Part shown: piece by piece, positions 51,377-61,093 of the stretch
How positions within the stretch are numbered: position 1 is the stretch's first letter
Layout: each line of letters starts with the position of its first letter
Assembly: GCA_965199825.1 (NCBI GenBank)
Contig: OZ241329.1
Coordinates: 1,376,001-1,440,000 of the forward strand
From: Bdellovibrionales bacterium
GTDB lineage: Bacteria > Bdellovibrionota > Bdellovibrionia > Bdellovibrionales > UBA1609
Direction: 5' to 3'
DNA length: 64,000 bases
Notes under the pieces: model-generated
Databases searched by the model: none
What the model saw: only the letters and a program-made list of their open reading frames with translations
What the model was told of the DNA's origin: nothing
Program-made: the position numbers and the translations under genes

Positions 51377-54300
51377 CTACTCCTGATTCACACCCGCAAT
51401 TTTAGTAAGCTTCGACTTACTCCACACCCGGTAGCGATCGATATACGAAAATACCGCAGGCACAACAAGCAAAGTCAAAACTGTGGCCGAGACCAGCCCG
51501 CCGATGATTGCAATCCCCATAGATGTTTTTTGTTTAGCTGCTTGTGTGAGCCCAATCGCCACGGGCAAAGTCCCCGCAATCAGCGCAAACGAAGTCATTA
51601 AGATCGGCCTTAAGCGCGTGACACCCGCAGCAATAATCGCCTCGTTACGGGTAAGTCCGCGAGCGATCTCTTGCCGTGCAAAATCGACCAGTAAGATCGA
51701 ATTTTTGCCGGCCACACCAATCAGCAAAAAGATTCCTAAAATGGCAAAGATGCTGAATGTCTCATTAAACAAATAAAGACCTACAAATGCTCCCGAGAGA
51801 GCCAGCGGAAAGGCCACAAGAATCGTAATGGGTGTCACAAACGATCCGTAGAGACTGGCCAAGATCAGATAAATAAACAAAATTCCAAATCCAATTGCTG
51901 ACACAAAAGATTTTTGCAAATCTTGGAGATCTTCGGTTTGGCCGGCCACACTAAAGCGCATGCCTTCGGGCATCTTGTCGACCTCGGTCATAAATTTTGT
52001 ACTGCCATCAAGTACCGCTCCTAAACCCACGCCAGGTGCTAGATTTGCCGACACTCTCACATAGCGACCACGATTTTGACGGTTGATACTTGCGGCACCT
52101 AAGTTTTTGATTTCGTCGGCCACCGCATCCAACTTAATGAGTTTATTATTTACGTTGGGAATAAAAACTTGATGATAGTCACGATCCAGATTGCGTTGAT
52201 CGGGCTCAAGTCTCACGCGCACATCGTACTCTCTTCCTTCTTCGCGAAATTTCGCGGGCGTATAACCTTGAATCTGAGCCCTCAGCTCTTCGCCCATCGT
52301 TCTGGTATTGACTCCATATATTTTTGCAGCGCCCGGTTTTAATTTAAATTGCAACTCGGGCCGACCGGGGCGAGACGTGGAGTCCACATCTTTAAGCATC
52401 GGATTTTTCTTTAGGTACTCCACAAATTTTTGGGCATACGTATCGAGCTGGGCTTGATCGTTCGAAATCAAATCGATCAAAAAAGGCGACTCGGTATTTC
52501 CCGATGGATCATAATCCGACACAATCGGATTTGCGAAAGCATAGGGATGAAGGGCCGAGCGCACCTTTTCTTTAAATGCGGTGGTCGTTCCTAAACGCTC
52601 TTTGCCTTTTTTGAGTTCCACATAAAATTCGGCTTTGTTCGATTCGCCGTTGATATTGCCAACCGTTAAAGTGGTAAGAGCCACATTTTTGTAGCTTCGC
52701 AAAATTTCATCGATCTTTGCTCCGGTCTCATAGGTTCCATCAAGACTTGTGCCCGAGGGCAAATCCAATTTTACAACAACTTGACCATTGTCGCCGTCTG
52801 GTAAAAATCCAGCAGAGACCCGTGTGGCACTTGCAATACATAAAGCAAACGCCACCATCGTCATTCCCAAAACCGCGAGAGGATGAAGCACGGTGAATTC
52901 CAAAATCTTTCGGTATTTGTTTTCGAGCCAAGTTTGAAACATATCAAACTGCCTCACACCAATGGGCAGACGTTTTCTTTCACCAGTATGGTGAGGGGTT
53001 GCAAAATAAGCCGAGAGCATCGGAATCAAAGTGAGTGCGACCACAAAACTCACCATCATCGAAATCGCGATGGTCAAACCAAACTGTTTTAAAAACTGAC
53101 CGACCACTCCGCTCATAAATCCAACGGGCAAAAAGATCGAGACTACAACCAGCGTGATGGCTAAAACAGAAATCTGAATTTCTGCGGTTCCTTCATTCGC
53201 CGCAACAAAAGGTTTATCGCCAAGCTCAATGCGCCGAAAAATATTTTCGATAATCACAATGGCATCATCCACCAAGAGACCCACCGCCAGAGTCATCGCC
53301 AAAAGTGAAATCACATTGATCGAAAAGTTGAGCAGATACATAAAAATAAATGTGCCTACCAACGAAATCGGAAGCGAAATACTGGTAATCAAAGTGGCTT
53401 TGCCGCTACCAAGAAAAAAGTAAACCGTAACAATCGTGAGAAGGATGGCTAAAACAATTGTTTCGTAAACATCATCCACATTTTCTTCAATCTGAAGACT
53501 GGCATCGCGAACGATGGTGAGTGAGGCCTTACCAGGCTGCGCAGAAAGCTCTGGTTTTAATTTCTCCAAAACTTTTTTAACACCTTCGGTCACATTCAAA
53601 GTGTTCGATCCCGATTGGCGGTAGACATCCAAGAACAATGCTTTTTTACCATTCACAAAAGCCCGGCTCTGTTCATCTTCTAGAGTATCAAAAACTTTTC
53701 CAACGTCAGACACGCGAGTGGGAACTTCATTACCAAAAAGACTGACCAAAGTGTCTTTGATTTCTGAAACACTTTTAAATTCGCCAAGACTTCGAAACAC
53801 ACTTTCTACTCGGCCCACATTCACTTTTCCGCTCGGCACATTTTCACCAGAGGCACCCACACGTGCAGCAACCGCACTGACCGAGAGTTCACGATGTTTT
53901 AAGGCTTCACGATCAAGAGTCACATGCACTTCGCGTTTTCGTCCGCCAATGATATTGATCGAACCCACGTTGTTGACTTGTTCTAAGCGCGGTTTCAAAA
54001 ACTGATCGGCAATATCAAAAAGTTGTGCATCGCCCACTTTGTCTTCGGTGAAGAGTGAAATGGTCATCACCGGTGCATCCGAAGGATCTGTTTTTTTAAT
54101 CAAAGGCTCTTTGGCATCGGTGGGAAGTTTGACTTTCGCGATACTCACTTTGTCGCGCACCTGTTGCTCGGCATATTTAATATCTGTGCCGTTACGAAAT
54201 TCGGCAATCACGATGCTGGTGCCTTCAAGATTGCGCGAGGATAAGCGCTTCATTCCAGAAATGGCCGACACCTCATCTTCAATCGGTTTTGAAACCAAAG

Positions 54301-54481
54301 TTTCGATTTCGGCAGGCCCCGCTCCAGGATAAACTGTGGTGACCGAAACAATCGGCAGCGACACTTCGGGAAAAAGCTCAACACCTAAAAGTTTAAATGA
54401 GGCGATGCCCACCGCACAGACCGCGATCGCACAGCAAAGAATAAGAGTGGGTTGTTGAATTGATATTTTTGATAAATTCAT
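51377..54481 (-). CDS. RND efflux transporter (AcrB family)
   Basis: YPGAGP.EIE, GLLVDDAIVIIENI, KNSILLVDF, RLRPILMTS. Confidence 0.96.
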   Translation of the reverse strand: MNLSKISIQQPTLILCCAIAVCAVGIASFKLLGVELFPEVSLPIVSVTTVYPGAGPAEIETLVSKPIEDEVSAISGMKRLSSRNLEGTSIVIAEFRNGTDIKYAEQQVRDKVSIAKVKLPTDAKEPLIKKTDPSDAPVMTISLFTEDKVGDAQLFDIADQFLKPRLEQVNNVGSINIIGGRKREVHVTLDREALKHRELSVSAVAARVGASGENVPSGKVNVGRVESVFRSLGEFKSVSEIKDTLVSLFGNEVPTRVSDVGKVFDTLEDEQSRAFVNGKKALFLDVYRQSGSNTLNVTEGVKKVLEKLKPELSAQPGKASLTIVRDASLQIEENVDDVYETIVLAILLTIVTVYFFLGSGKATLITSISLPISLVGTFIFMYLLNFSINVISLLAMTLAVGLLVDDAIVIIENIFRRIELGDKPFVAANEGTAEIQISVLAITLVVVSIFLPVGFMSGVVGQFLKQFGLTIAISMMVSFVVALTLIPMLSAYFATPHHTGERKRLPIGVRQFDMFQTWLENKYRKILEFTVLHPLAVLGMTMVAFALCIASATRVSAGFLPDGDNGQVVVKLDLPSGTSLDGTYETGAKIDEILRSYKNVALTTLTVGNINGESNKAEFYVELKKGKERLGTTTAFKEKVRSALHPYAFANPIVSDYDPSGNTESPFLIDLISNDQAQLDTYAQKFVEYLKKNPMLKDVDSTSRPGRPELQFKLKPGAAKIYGVNTRTMGEELRAQIQGYTPAKFREEGREYDVRVRLEPDQRNLDRDYHQVFIPNVNNKLIKLDAVADEIKNLGAASINRQNRGRYVRVSANLAPGVGLGAVLDGSTKFMTEVDKMPEGMRFSVAGQTEDLQDLQKSFVSAIGFGILFIYLILASLYGSFVTPITILVAFPLALSGAFVGLYLFNETFSIFAILGIFLLIGVAGKNSILLVDFARQEIARGLTRNEAIIAAGVTRLRPILMTSFALIAGTLPVAIGLTQAAKQKTSMGIAIIGGLVSATVLTLLVVPAVFSYIDRYRVWSKSKLTKIAGVNQE

Positions 54482-55866
54482 TTTTGATACGCTTTCATTT
54501 GTGAGCGAAATGCCAGGACTTGGGCGGCATTGCGCACACGGCTCAGTTGGGCTGCTAAAAGATCCTGCTCAAAAAGTAAAACCTGATAGGTCGTGGTGCG
54601 ACCCTGTTTTAAACGATTTTTTTCGATCGCTAATTTTTTTGTCTGAATCACTTCGAGATCACTGGCCAACTTGAGGTTACTCTCAGTCTCACCAATTTTT
54701 CTGACAAGATCCGACCAATCCTTGTCTTGATTAAATAAAGCCCGTTGATATCCGGTAAGGGCTGCTTCTTCGCGAAGCCGCGCGCCATGAAGAGCATCGC
54801 CTTGAGCCGAGCGATCGAGCGGCATCGAAAAGCGCAACCCAACAATACTTGTGGGTCGCCCTGCTTTGGTGATGTTGTCTGTTGCCGAGTCGGCCGCATT
54901 ATCGCGACCATTGAGAGCATAAGTTCCATAAAGATCAAGAGTGGGTCGGTTGCGCTCCCCATTCACGCGCGCATCGGCGGCTTGTAAGCGCGACAACGCT
55001 TCGGCTGCCAAAACATCCAAACGACTTCCAGGACGAGTTGTTGGAACAGGAAGTTGAGCAACTGTATCGGCAACAATCGGATCAAGGGCATCTGGAACGC
55101 CACTCGAATTCTGAAATCTCAACGCATTAAAATCTTGGGCTGCAGACTTCACATCATTTTTTGATTGCTCCAGTTGCAGATTGCGCGCCTCAACCAGTGC
55201 TGAGGCTTGCACCACATCCGACTCTTCGCCCAAGTTCATTTCTGATTTATGAGAAACGTAATCCTTTACACCTTGTGCCGATTTTAAAGCCTGCATCTGC
55301 ACATCAACCGCTTGTTTTGCAGAGGCCAATTGCCAGTAGGCCACTTCGGCTTGAATAGTGAGTGCTAAACTTTGCGCACTACTTTTAAATCCATTCGATT
55401 CGGCCTGCGCTCGAATCAAATCTCTTTGTGCACGCACCGCGCGCCCAAACCCGTTTTGCAAAAGCGGCATCTTTAATTCAAGAACCGGCCGCGCATCCCA
55501 AAAATGAAGCGGAATATTCACACCCGGAATCGCCGCATTCACGTAATCGGTATGAGTCAGTTGATAAGATAATTTTGTTTGAAGACCGAATGCAAATTGC
55601 TCAGTCAACCCAAGCGAATATTTTTCGGATTTGTAGGCATCGTAATTCAGAAGTGGAGGATTGGGCAGCGCCTGATCTTTGCTGAGTTCAGCATTTAAAA
55701 AAAGCGAAGGCCTAAAGCTCAAATCAGCTTCACGTCCCTCAAGAGCCGAAGCTTCTTGTTGCTGCCTTGCCTCTTTGACATCAAGTCCCTGTGATTGAAC
55801 TTGGGCTAAATATTCGTTGAGAGTGAGACTGTTTGCGTTGAGCGCAAACAAAAATAAAAACATCAT
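54478..55866 (-). CDS. TolC family outer-membrane protein
   Basis: PLLQNGFG, AYWQL, PTLDL, RLKQGRTTTYQVL; overlaps RND start. Confidence 0.88.
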   Translation of the reverse strand: MMFLFLFALNANSLTLNEYLAQVQSQGLDVKEARQQQEASALEGREADLSFRPSLFLNAELSKDQALPNPPLLNYDAYKSEKYSLGLTEQFAFGLQTKLSYQLTHTDYVNAAIPGVNIPLHFWDARPVLELKMPLLQNGFGRAVRAQRDLIRAQAESNGFKSSAQSLALTIQAEVAYWQLASAKQAVDVQMQALKSAQGVKDYVSHKSEMNLGEESDVVQASALVEARNLQLEQSKNDVKSAAQDFNALRFQNSSGVPDALDPIVADTVAQLPVPTTRPGSRLDVLAAEALSRLQAADARVNGERNRPTLDLYGTYALNGRDNAADSATDNITKAGRPTSIVGLRFSMPLDRSAQGDALHGARLREEAALTGYQRALFNQDKDWSDLVRKIGETESNLKLASDLEVIQTKKLAIEKNRLKQGRTTTYQVLLFEQDLLAAQLSRVRNAAQVLAFRSQMKAYQK

Positions 55867-55916
55867 AGACTACACCACATTCTTGTTGAAGTGCGTATAG
55901 TCTATGTGAGGTCGAA

Positions 55917-56201
55917 CTAAAGTGTAAAGCAGGCCTTGCGAATATCGAATTCAATTTCTGTTGCTGTGGTGTTTAAATTGGGTTTGTTGAATGATGTCGC
56001 AAGGTAGTGAACCAATTCTTTATCGGCAAGATCATCGCATTGTTGTTTCATGCGGGACAAAGCATCATCCTGATCAAGCCCATGACCTCTCACGGTTGCA
56101 GTAATACTTTTTGCGCCGTAGATGCAAGTGGCCATGCATGTCGAAGGATTCGCATGCGCAAAAGATGTAACCAAAAAACCCAACATAATAAATGCGCGCA
56201 T
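55917..56201 (-). CDS. small exported Cys-containing protein
   Basis: GGAG RBS before ATG 56201 (MRAFIML...AHA); four Cys. Confidence 0.7.
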   Translation of the reverse strand: MRAFIMLGFLVTSFAHANPSTCMATCIYGAKSITATVRGHGLDQDDALSRMKQQCDDLADKELVHYLATSFNKPNLNTTATEIEFDIRKACFTL

Positions 56202-56289
56202 AAATTCTCCTTGGTGTGATGTTTGCGATCTCAGTGCCACACCTTTGCCTTCATAAATCGAAGCTAGCAGCTTGCGATGACAATTTTTG

Positions 56290-57114
56290 TCAATTTGATG
56301 TGCGATGATGGGCACGATGATGTCCCGCGCACAACAAAGTCAAATTGGCTTCGTTATCGGTCCCACCACATGCTTTTGGAACAATGTGATGAATATCAAG
56401 ATGGCGACGTTGCATGCAGCGCTCGCCGTTATGATCGAAATGCGTGCATTGGCTATTATGGACGTGATGCACTTTTCTTTTAAGAGTCACCGTCAGTTTT
56501 GTCGTGCCCGCTGTGTCTTTGCGAAAAGGTTTTTTAAGTAGATCCAATTTCTGATTGAGCTCATGGATGGCGGCAACATGTGTTTCGCCAATGTTCGCGG
56601 GACGTTTTAATTTTTGGCTCAAAAGATCTCTGGTTCTTTCAAACACTGCGTACTCCTCTTGAGTGACCGAGAATGAAATCGAAACCCTAAGGGTATCACC
56701 AGCTTTTTGATATCGTGCCCGCTCAGGAATCGCTTTTTCGGGCTGGACCTTTGCAATTTCTTTTTCAAGATTGCGTTTTGTGCCTTTGGCAAGATCCATC
56801 CAGTGGTGAACATTGTCTTTGGTAACCACCGATGTGATGCGATTCACTTTTGAAAGAGAAAGCTCTCCCGTTTGCATTCCCAATTTCAGTTCAGGCAGTT
56901 CAGTAAATTTCTTAGCTATTTTGTTCACGATACTTGCCATCTCTTCAGAAAGCTTAAGTTGCTTGGTGGAATATTCAAACAAAGAGTGACATCCAAACTG
57001 ATAATAAGTTTTATTTTTCCAGACAATTTCTAAGGCGTTAAGTAATTCCATTTCAGATTTTCTGTGAGCATCGGCTGCTTTGACTGCCTGAGCATGAATT
57101 TTTAAATGATTCAT
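56290..57114 (-). CDS. HNH endonuclease with N-terminal helical (DUF222-like) region
   Basis: CT...RC...HLDIHHIVPKACGG...NLTLLCAGHH; N-terminal G.HSLFEY...LKLSE. Confidence 0.88.
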   Translation of the reverse strand: MNHLKIHAQAVKAADAHRKSEMELLNALEIVWKNKTYYQFGCHSLFEYSTKQLKLSEEMASIVNKIAKKFTELPELKLGMQTGELSLSKVNRITSVVTKDNVHHWMDLAKGTKRNLEKEIAKVQPEKAIPERARYQKAGDTLRVSISFSVTQEEYAVFERTRDLLSQKLKRPANIGETHVAAIHELNQKLDLLKKPFRKDTAGTTKLTVTLKRKVHHVHNSQCTHFDHNGERCMQRRHLDIHHIVPKACGGTDNEANLTLLCAGHHRAHHRTSN

Positions 57115-57339
57115 AAATATCTCCTGTTTAGGAAGAGTGTATCATGGGTTTTTGAAGTTGAGATTTTGACTCTTGCCGGATAGATAATTGTTATCTGATT
57201 TCTGAATGGTTTTTTGGCTTACAACGCGTCTCAACTCATCGGCGCAGAAACAAAAACCCTTTACACTTTGGAAATGTGTCTGTGGCCAAAAAAGTTAATT
57301 AAAAAACTCGTCAACTTAATTATTGTTTATTTACTGATT

Positions 57340-57722
57340 GCGGGCACGAAGATACTTGGTGCGAGCGGGCACTACCACGACTTCATTTCTTCACAGATTG
57401 CGGGCACGACAATAGTAGCACTATTTCACTTTTCAGAAATTGCGTACACGACGAAAAAACCATCGCTACCCAAACAGCGGGCACGATATTATCAGACTCA
57501 CACCTGATCAAATAATTTATATTTATCTAAAACGAGTAAGATACCCCAAAGAGCAAGCGACACACCGTTTTCAAAGGATCGCTTAACAAAATAATTTAAG
57601 TTTAGATAATGAGATCAAAATCAATTATATTTGAATGCGGGCACGACACCTGCAAAACTTCACTCAACAAAATCCAAAGCAGGCACGACCATTCTGATAC
57701 TCGACAGCAAAGCGGGCACGAC
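57340..57722 (+). repeat. cluster of eight GCGGGCACGA(C)-like motifs
   Basis: starts at 57340, 57365, 57400, 57442, 57477, 57637, 57679, 57712 (five exact 10-mers, three variants). Confidence 0.88.
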
Positions 57723-57761
57723 ACCCCCAAGCAAGCCACATCCCAAACTAGCCCAACCCAC

Positions 57762-58394
57762 TCAACGCCCCACTCCACTCAAAATCAACTGACATCGCCT
57801 GAAAACCCCAACATTCGAATTCAGCTGATCCAAGAAAGACACAAATTGAGCAGAGCCCATCACGCCTTCTTGACGGATGCGTCTGCTCAGTCGAGCAATC
57901 GACACCGACCAATTCGCCCTGCCAATCAATTGCCCGAGATATTCAAAATTCGCAGGATCTTGATACAACAGCACAAGTGCACCCGCCCTTAGCTGTTCGA
58001 CTCGGGTCAAATCGCTAAAATATTTTTCAAAAAGATCATAATAAAATGAGGAATTTCTAAATCCTAAATTAAAAGCGGTGATAGCGATCGTAAAGCCCAT
58101 ACTCCCGCGCAATAAATATTCGGTAGTGGGACTATCGGTCGCAAAAAATTTTAAGCGTGAGGTTGCAAGCATTTCTTTATTTTGATCTGCCAAAGTTTTT
58201 GCCAAGGCCGAGAACTTTCGATACTTGCTTGAGGTATGTCGAATTCTTAAAATCAAAGGCGAAGTGGCGATCGATTGATAATGAACATCCATCAACTCTT
58301 CACGAGTGTGTGCATTCAGAACATCCGGAACTGTCAAAACTCTTGGGCCACCACTGTGAGCAAATAAACCAAAAAACAAAACCCCCCAAACCAT
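57762..58394 (-). CDS. exported hypothetical protein
   Basis: short leader; C-terminal CQLIL; coupled to the upstream gene. Confidence 0.7.
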   Translation of the reverse strand: MVWGVLFFGLFAHSGGPRVLTVPDVLNAHTREELMDVHYQSIATSPLILRIRHTSSKYRKFSALAKTLADQNKEMLATSRLKFFATDSPTTEYLLRGSMGFTIAITAFNLGFRNSSFYYDLFEKYFSDLTRVEQLRAGALVLLYQDPANFEYLGQLIGRANWSVSIARLSRRIRQEGVMGSAQFVSFLDQLNSNVGVFRRCQLILSGVGR

Positions 58395-58999
58395 TACTCA
58401 AGATCCGAAGGGTCAACCGCAGGAGCAGCCGGAGCTGCCTTCGATGTGGGCGTGCGGTAGCGTTCGCGCCAAGGTGTATCGGGCGACTTAAAGGTCAGTG
58501 GGAAACTAATATTTGCCGAAAACATATTGAGGTTTGAGGTGAGGGCTCCACCGGTTTGATTCGTCCCGCTAAATTTTACGGTTTGATATTCGAAATTAAA
58601 CACAATCGATTCGGTAATAAAATATCCCACACCGCCGCGAAATCCAAAGGCCGACAAATTGGAATTCTGAATTTTCGCATTGTTTAAAAGATCTAAACTA
58701 AAAAAAACTCTTAAGGGAAAATAATCGGAATTGAAACCAACACCTAATCCACCGGTGTACATCGAAGAGGCTGTATCGTTTTGCAAAGCCAAGTAACTGA
58801 CTTTAAGATCCAACCCTACAAACACATAATCATAAAAGACGCCGGTTCGCGCACCCAGTGCGGGAGCGGTAAAGCTTTCGCTCTGATTGACCGTGGTGGA
58901 GCTCACATTTGCAGATCCCATTCCCAATCCAAAATTTGGCTCAAAGTAAATATCTGCAAAAGCGGGAGAACTTAAAAAAATCCAAAAAATATATTTCAC
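58394..58999 (-). CDS. outer-membrane beta-barrel protein (porin/OmpA-like)
   Basis: signal peptide; amphipathic strands, GVGYF, ISFP. Confidence 0.75.
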   Translation of the reverse strand: MKYIFWIFLSSPAFADIYFEPNFGLGMGSANVSSTTVNQSESFTAPALGARTGVFYDYVFVGLDLKVSYLALQNDTASSMYTGGLGVGFNSDYFPLRVFFSLDLLNNAKIQNSNLSAFGFRGGVGYFITESIVFNFEYQTVKFSGTNQTGGALTSNLNMFSANISFPLTFKSPDTPWRERYRTPTSKAAPAAPAVDPSDLE

Positions 59000-61059
59000 G
59001 TTTTTTTCACCTCGCGATTATTAGACATTCCTTTTTGCTCGAGGAAAAGCAAAAACGCGATCTCCATCGCATCAAGTTCTAAGCTTTGGTACCGACCGGT
59101 CAGGCCGGAATGCCCGGCCGACATCTCGGTAAACATCAGTTGATGATTGGTATCGGTTTTAAGATCGCGCAGTTTGGCCAAATACTTTGCAGGCTCCCAG
59201 TACTGAACTTGCGAATCATGAAACCCTGTTGTGATCAGCAAGTGGGGATAAGCCTGGGATTTTAAATTGTCATAAGGCGAGTAAGATTTAATATACTTAT
59301 AATATTTAAGTTCATTGGGATTACCCCACTCTTCATATTCCATGGTGGTGAGTGGCAGCGACTCATCGAGCATCGTGGTTAAGGCATCAACAAAGGGCAC
59401 ACCCATCACAATGCCGTTATAGAGATGCGGCTTAAGATTGATGATTGCACCCATCAAGAGCCCTCCAGCACTTTTTCCAACCGCATAGGTGTGTTGAGGT
59501 GAAGACAATTTCTTTTTATGCAAAAATTCGGTGGCGGTAATAAAATCGTTGAATGTATTTTTCTTTTTTAAGAACTTTCCGTTTTCGTACCATGCTCGAC
59601 CCATCTCCGAGCCGCCGCGAATCCCAGCAATTGCATAAATAAACCCACGATCAATCAGGCTGACCATCTCTGAAAAAAAAGAAGGCGAATTGGTGATGCC
59701 ATAAGATCCATACCCTTCGAGTAACAAAGGTCGATTTTTAGCCGGTTTGCCCTTTTTATAAATCAGCGAGATCGGAATTTTTGCGCCGTCGCCCGCAACC
59801 GCAAAAAACCGTTTGGTTTCATAATTCTTTTTGTTAAAGCCGCCCAAAACTTCTTTTTGTTTAAGCAACTTCGACTTTTTAAGGCGCATATTGAATTCAT
59901 AAGTCGAGGGAGGCTGCCGTAACGAAGAATAAGAATAGCGCATCACCTCACTCTCATACTGATTGATCGAATGAAGCGAGGCCACAAAAGTCGGATCAGG
60001 AAACGGAATCATCGTGCTGGTTTTTTTGAGTCTCGACCAAATATGAATTTGGGGTAAACCATTTTTATGTTCTTGGAGCGCAATATAATCTTTGAACAGC
60101 TCAAACCCGTCCAGCAGTACGTCTTTGCGATGAGCAATCAAAGTCTTCCAGCTTTTGATTTCGGTTTTTTCTAACGGGCAGGTCATCACCTTATAATTTT
60201 TGGCTTTGTAGTTGGTATGAATAAAAAATGTACTGCCATCGCAATCAACCGAATACTCAAGCCGCAACTGACGCTTTTGAAAAATCTTAAATTTCCCCAC
60301 CGTTTGGTTTGCTAAAATGTAACGGGATTCCGATGAAGTCTTGCTGTCGCAACTAATAAATATAAACTTCTTTAATTTATCTTGATAAAGTCCAACATCG
60401 AACTTCTCATCTTTTTCTTCAAAAACCAGATGGTGTTTTTTGGGTTGATCCAACGTTGTGCGAAACACTTGGTGTGTTCTCAATGTTTCAGGATCTTGCT
60501 TACAAAAAAACAAGGTTTGATTGTCGGCAGCCCAAAGATGGGACTGGGTGATCATCGGAATGCGAGCGGGATGCATTTTATTTGTTTTTAAATTTTTAAT
60601 TCGCAATTCAAAAAAATTACGACCCACTTCGTCTACCGCATAAGACATCATCGAATGATCAGGACTGATTCGAATCGCCCCCACATTAAAATATTTTTTG
60701 CCGCGAGCTAAGGTGTTCACATCAAGAATAATTTGCTCTTTGGATTTCAGATGTCTGCGGCAGTAAATCGGGTAGTCGCGGTTTTTTTCAAAGCGAGCAT
60801 AATAAAAATAATCATCTTTTTGATCGGGCAGGGTTGTGTCGTCCGGCTTAATCCGCGACTTCATTTCATTAAAAAGTTTTTTACGCAAAGGCTTGGTTTG
60901 ATCTAAAACTTTTTTAAGATAGGCATTTTCTTTTTCAATATATCTAACGACTTCAGGATTTTCCCGTTGGTTGAGCCAGTAGTAATTGTCGATGCGAACA
61001 TCATTGTGTTTTTTTAAACGAACCGGTTTTTTATTTGCTTGTGGTGTCATAATGATCAC
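58996..61059 (-). CDS. ptrB: oligopeptidase B (S9A)
   Basis: RIDNYYWL, GYGSYG, RGG.E.G..WY, GKSAGGLL, EYEEWGNP, DSQVQYWEPAK, GH. Confidence 0.95.
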   Translation of the reverse strand: MIIMTPQANKKPVRLKKHNDVRIDNYYWLNQRENPEVVRYIEKENAYLKKVLDQTKPLRKKLFNEMKSRIKPDDTTLPDQKDDYFYYARFEKNRDYPIYCRRHLKSKEQIILDVNTLARGKKYFNVGAIRISPDHSMMSYAVDEVGRNFFELRIKNLKTNKMHPARIPMITQSHLWAADNQTLFFCKQDPETLRTHQVFRTTLDQPKKHHLVFEEKDEKFDVGLYQDKLKKFIFISCDSKTSSESRYILANQTVGKFKIFQKRQLRLEYSVDCDGSTFFIHTNYKAKNYKVMTCPLEKTEIKSWKTLIAHRKDVLLDGFELFKDYIALQEHKNGLPQIHIWSRLKKTSTMIPFPDPTFVASLHSINQYESEVMRYSYSSLRQPPSTYEFNMRLKKSKLLKQKEVLGGFNKKNYETKRFFAVAGDGAKIPISLIYKKGKPAKNRPLLLEGYGSYGITNSPSFFSEMVSLIDRGFIYAIAGIRGGSEMGRAWYENGKFLKKKNTFNDFITATEFLHKKKLSSPQHTYAVGKSAGGLLMGAIINLKPHLYNGIVMGVPFVDALTTMLDESLPLTTMEYEEWGNPNELKYYKYIKSYSPYDNLKSQAYPHLLITTGFHDSQVQYWEPAKYLAKLRDLKTDTNHQLMFTEMSAGHSGLTGRYQSLELDAMEIAFLLFLEQKGMSNNREVKKT

Positions 61060-61093
61060 GAGTCTACGAGCGAGTGATCAAAAATGCACCACT

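Noticed and set aside
57340..57722. CRISPR array
   Set aside because: Repeats are only 10-11 nt, spacing is irregular, spacers are partly similar to each other, and there are no cas genes.
57214..57992. ORFs 57214-57507 and 57609-57992 as genes
   Set aside because: They overlap the motif array or an opposite-strand gene and have no protein-like features.
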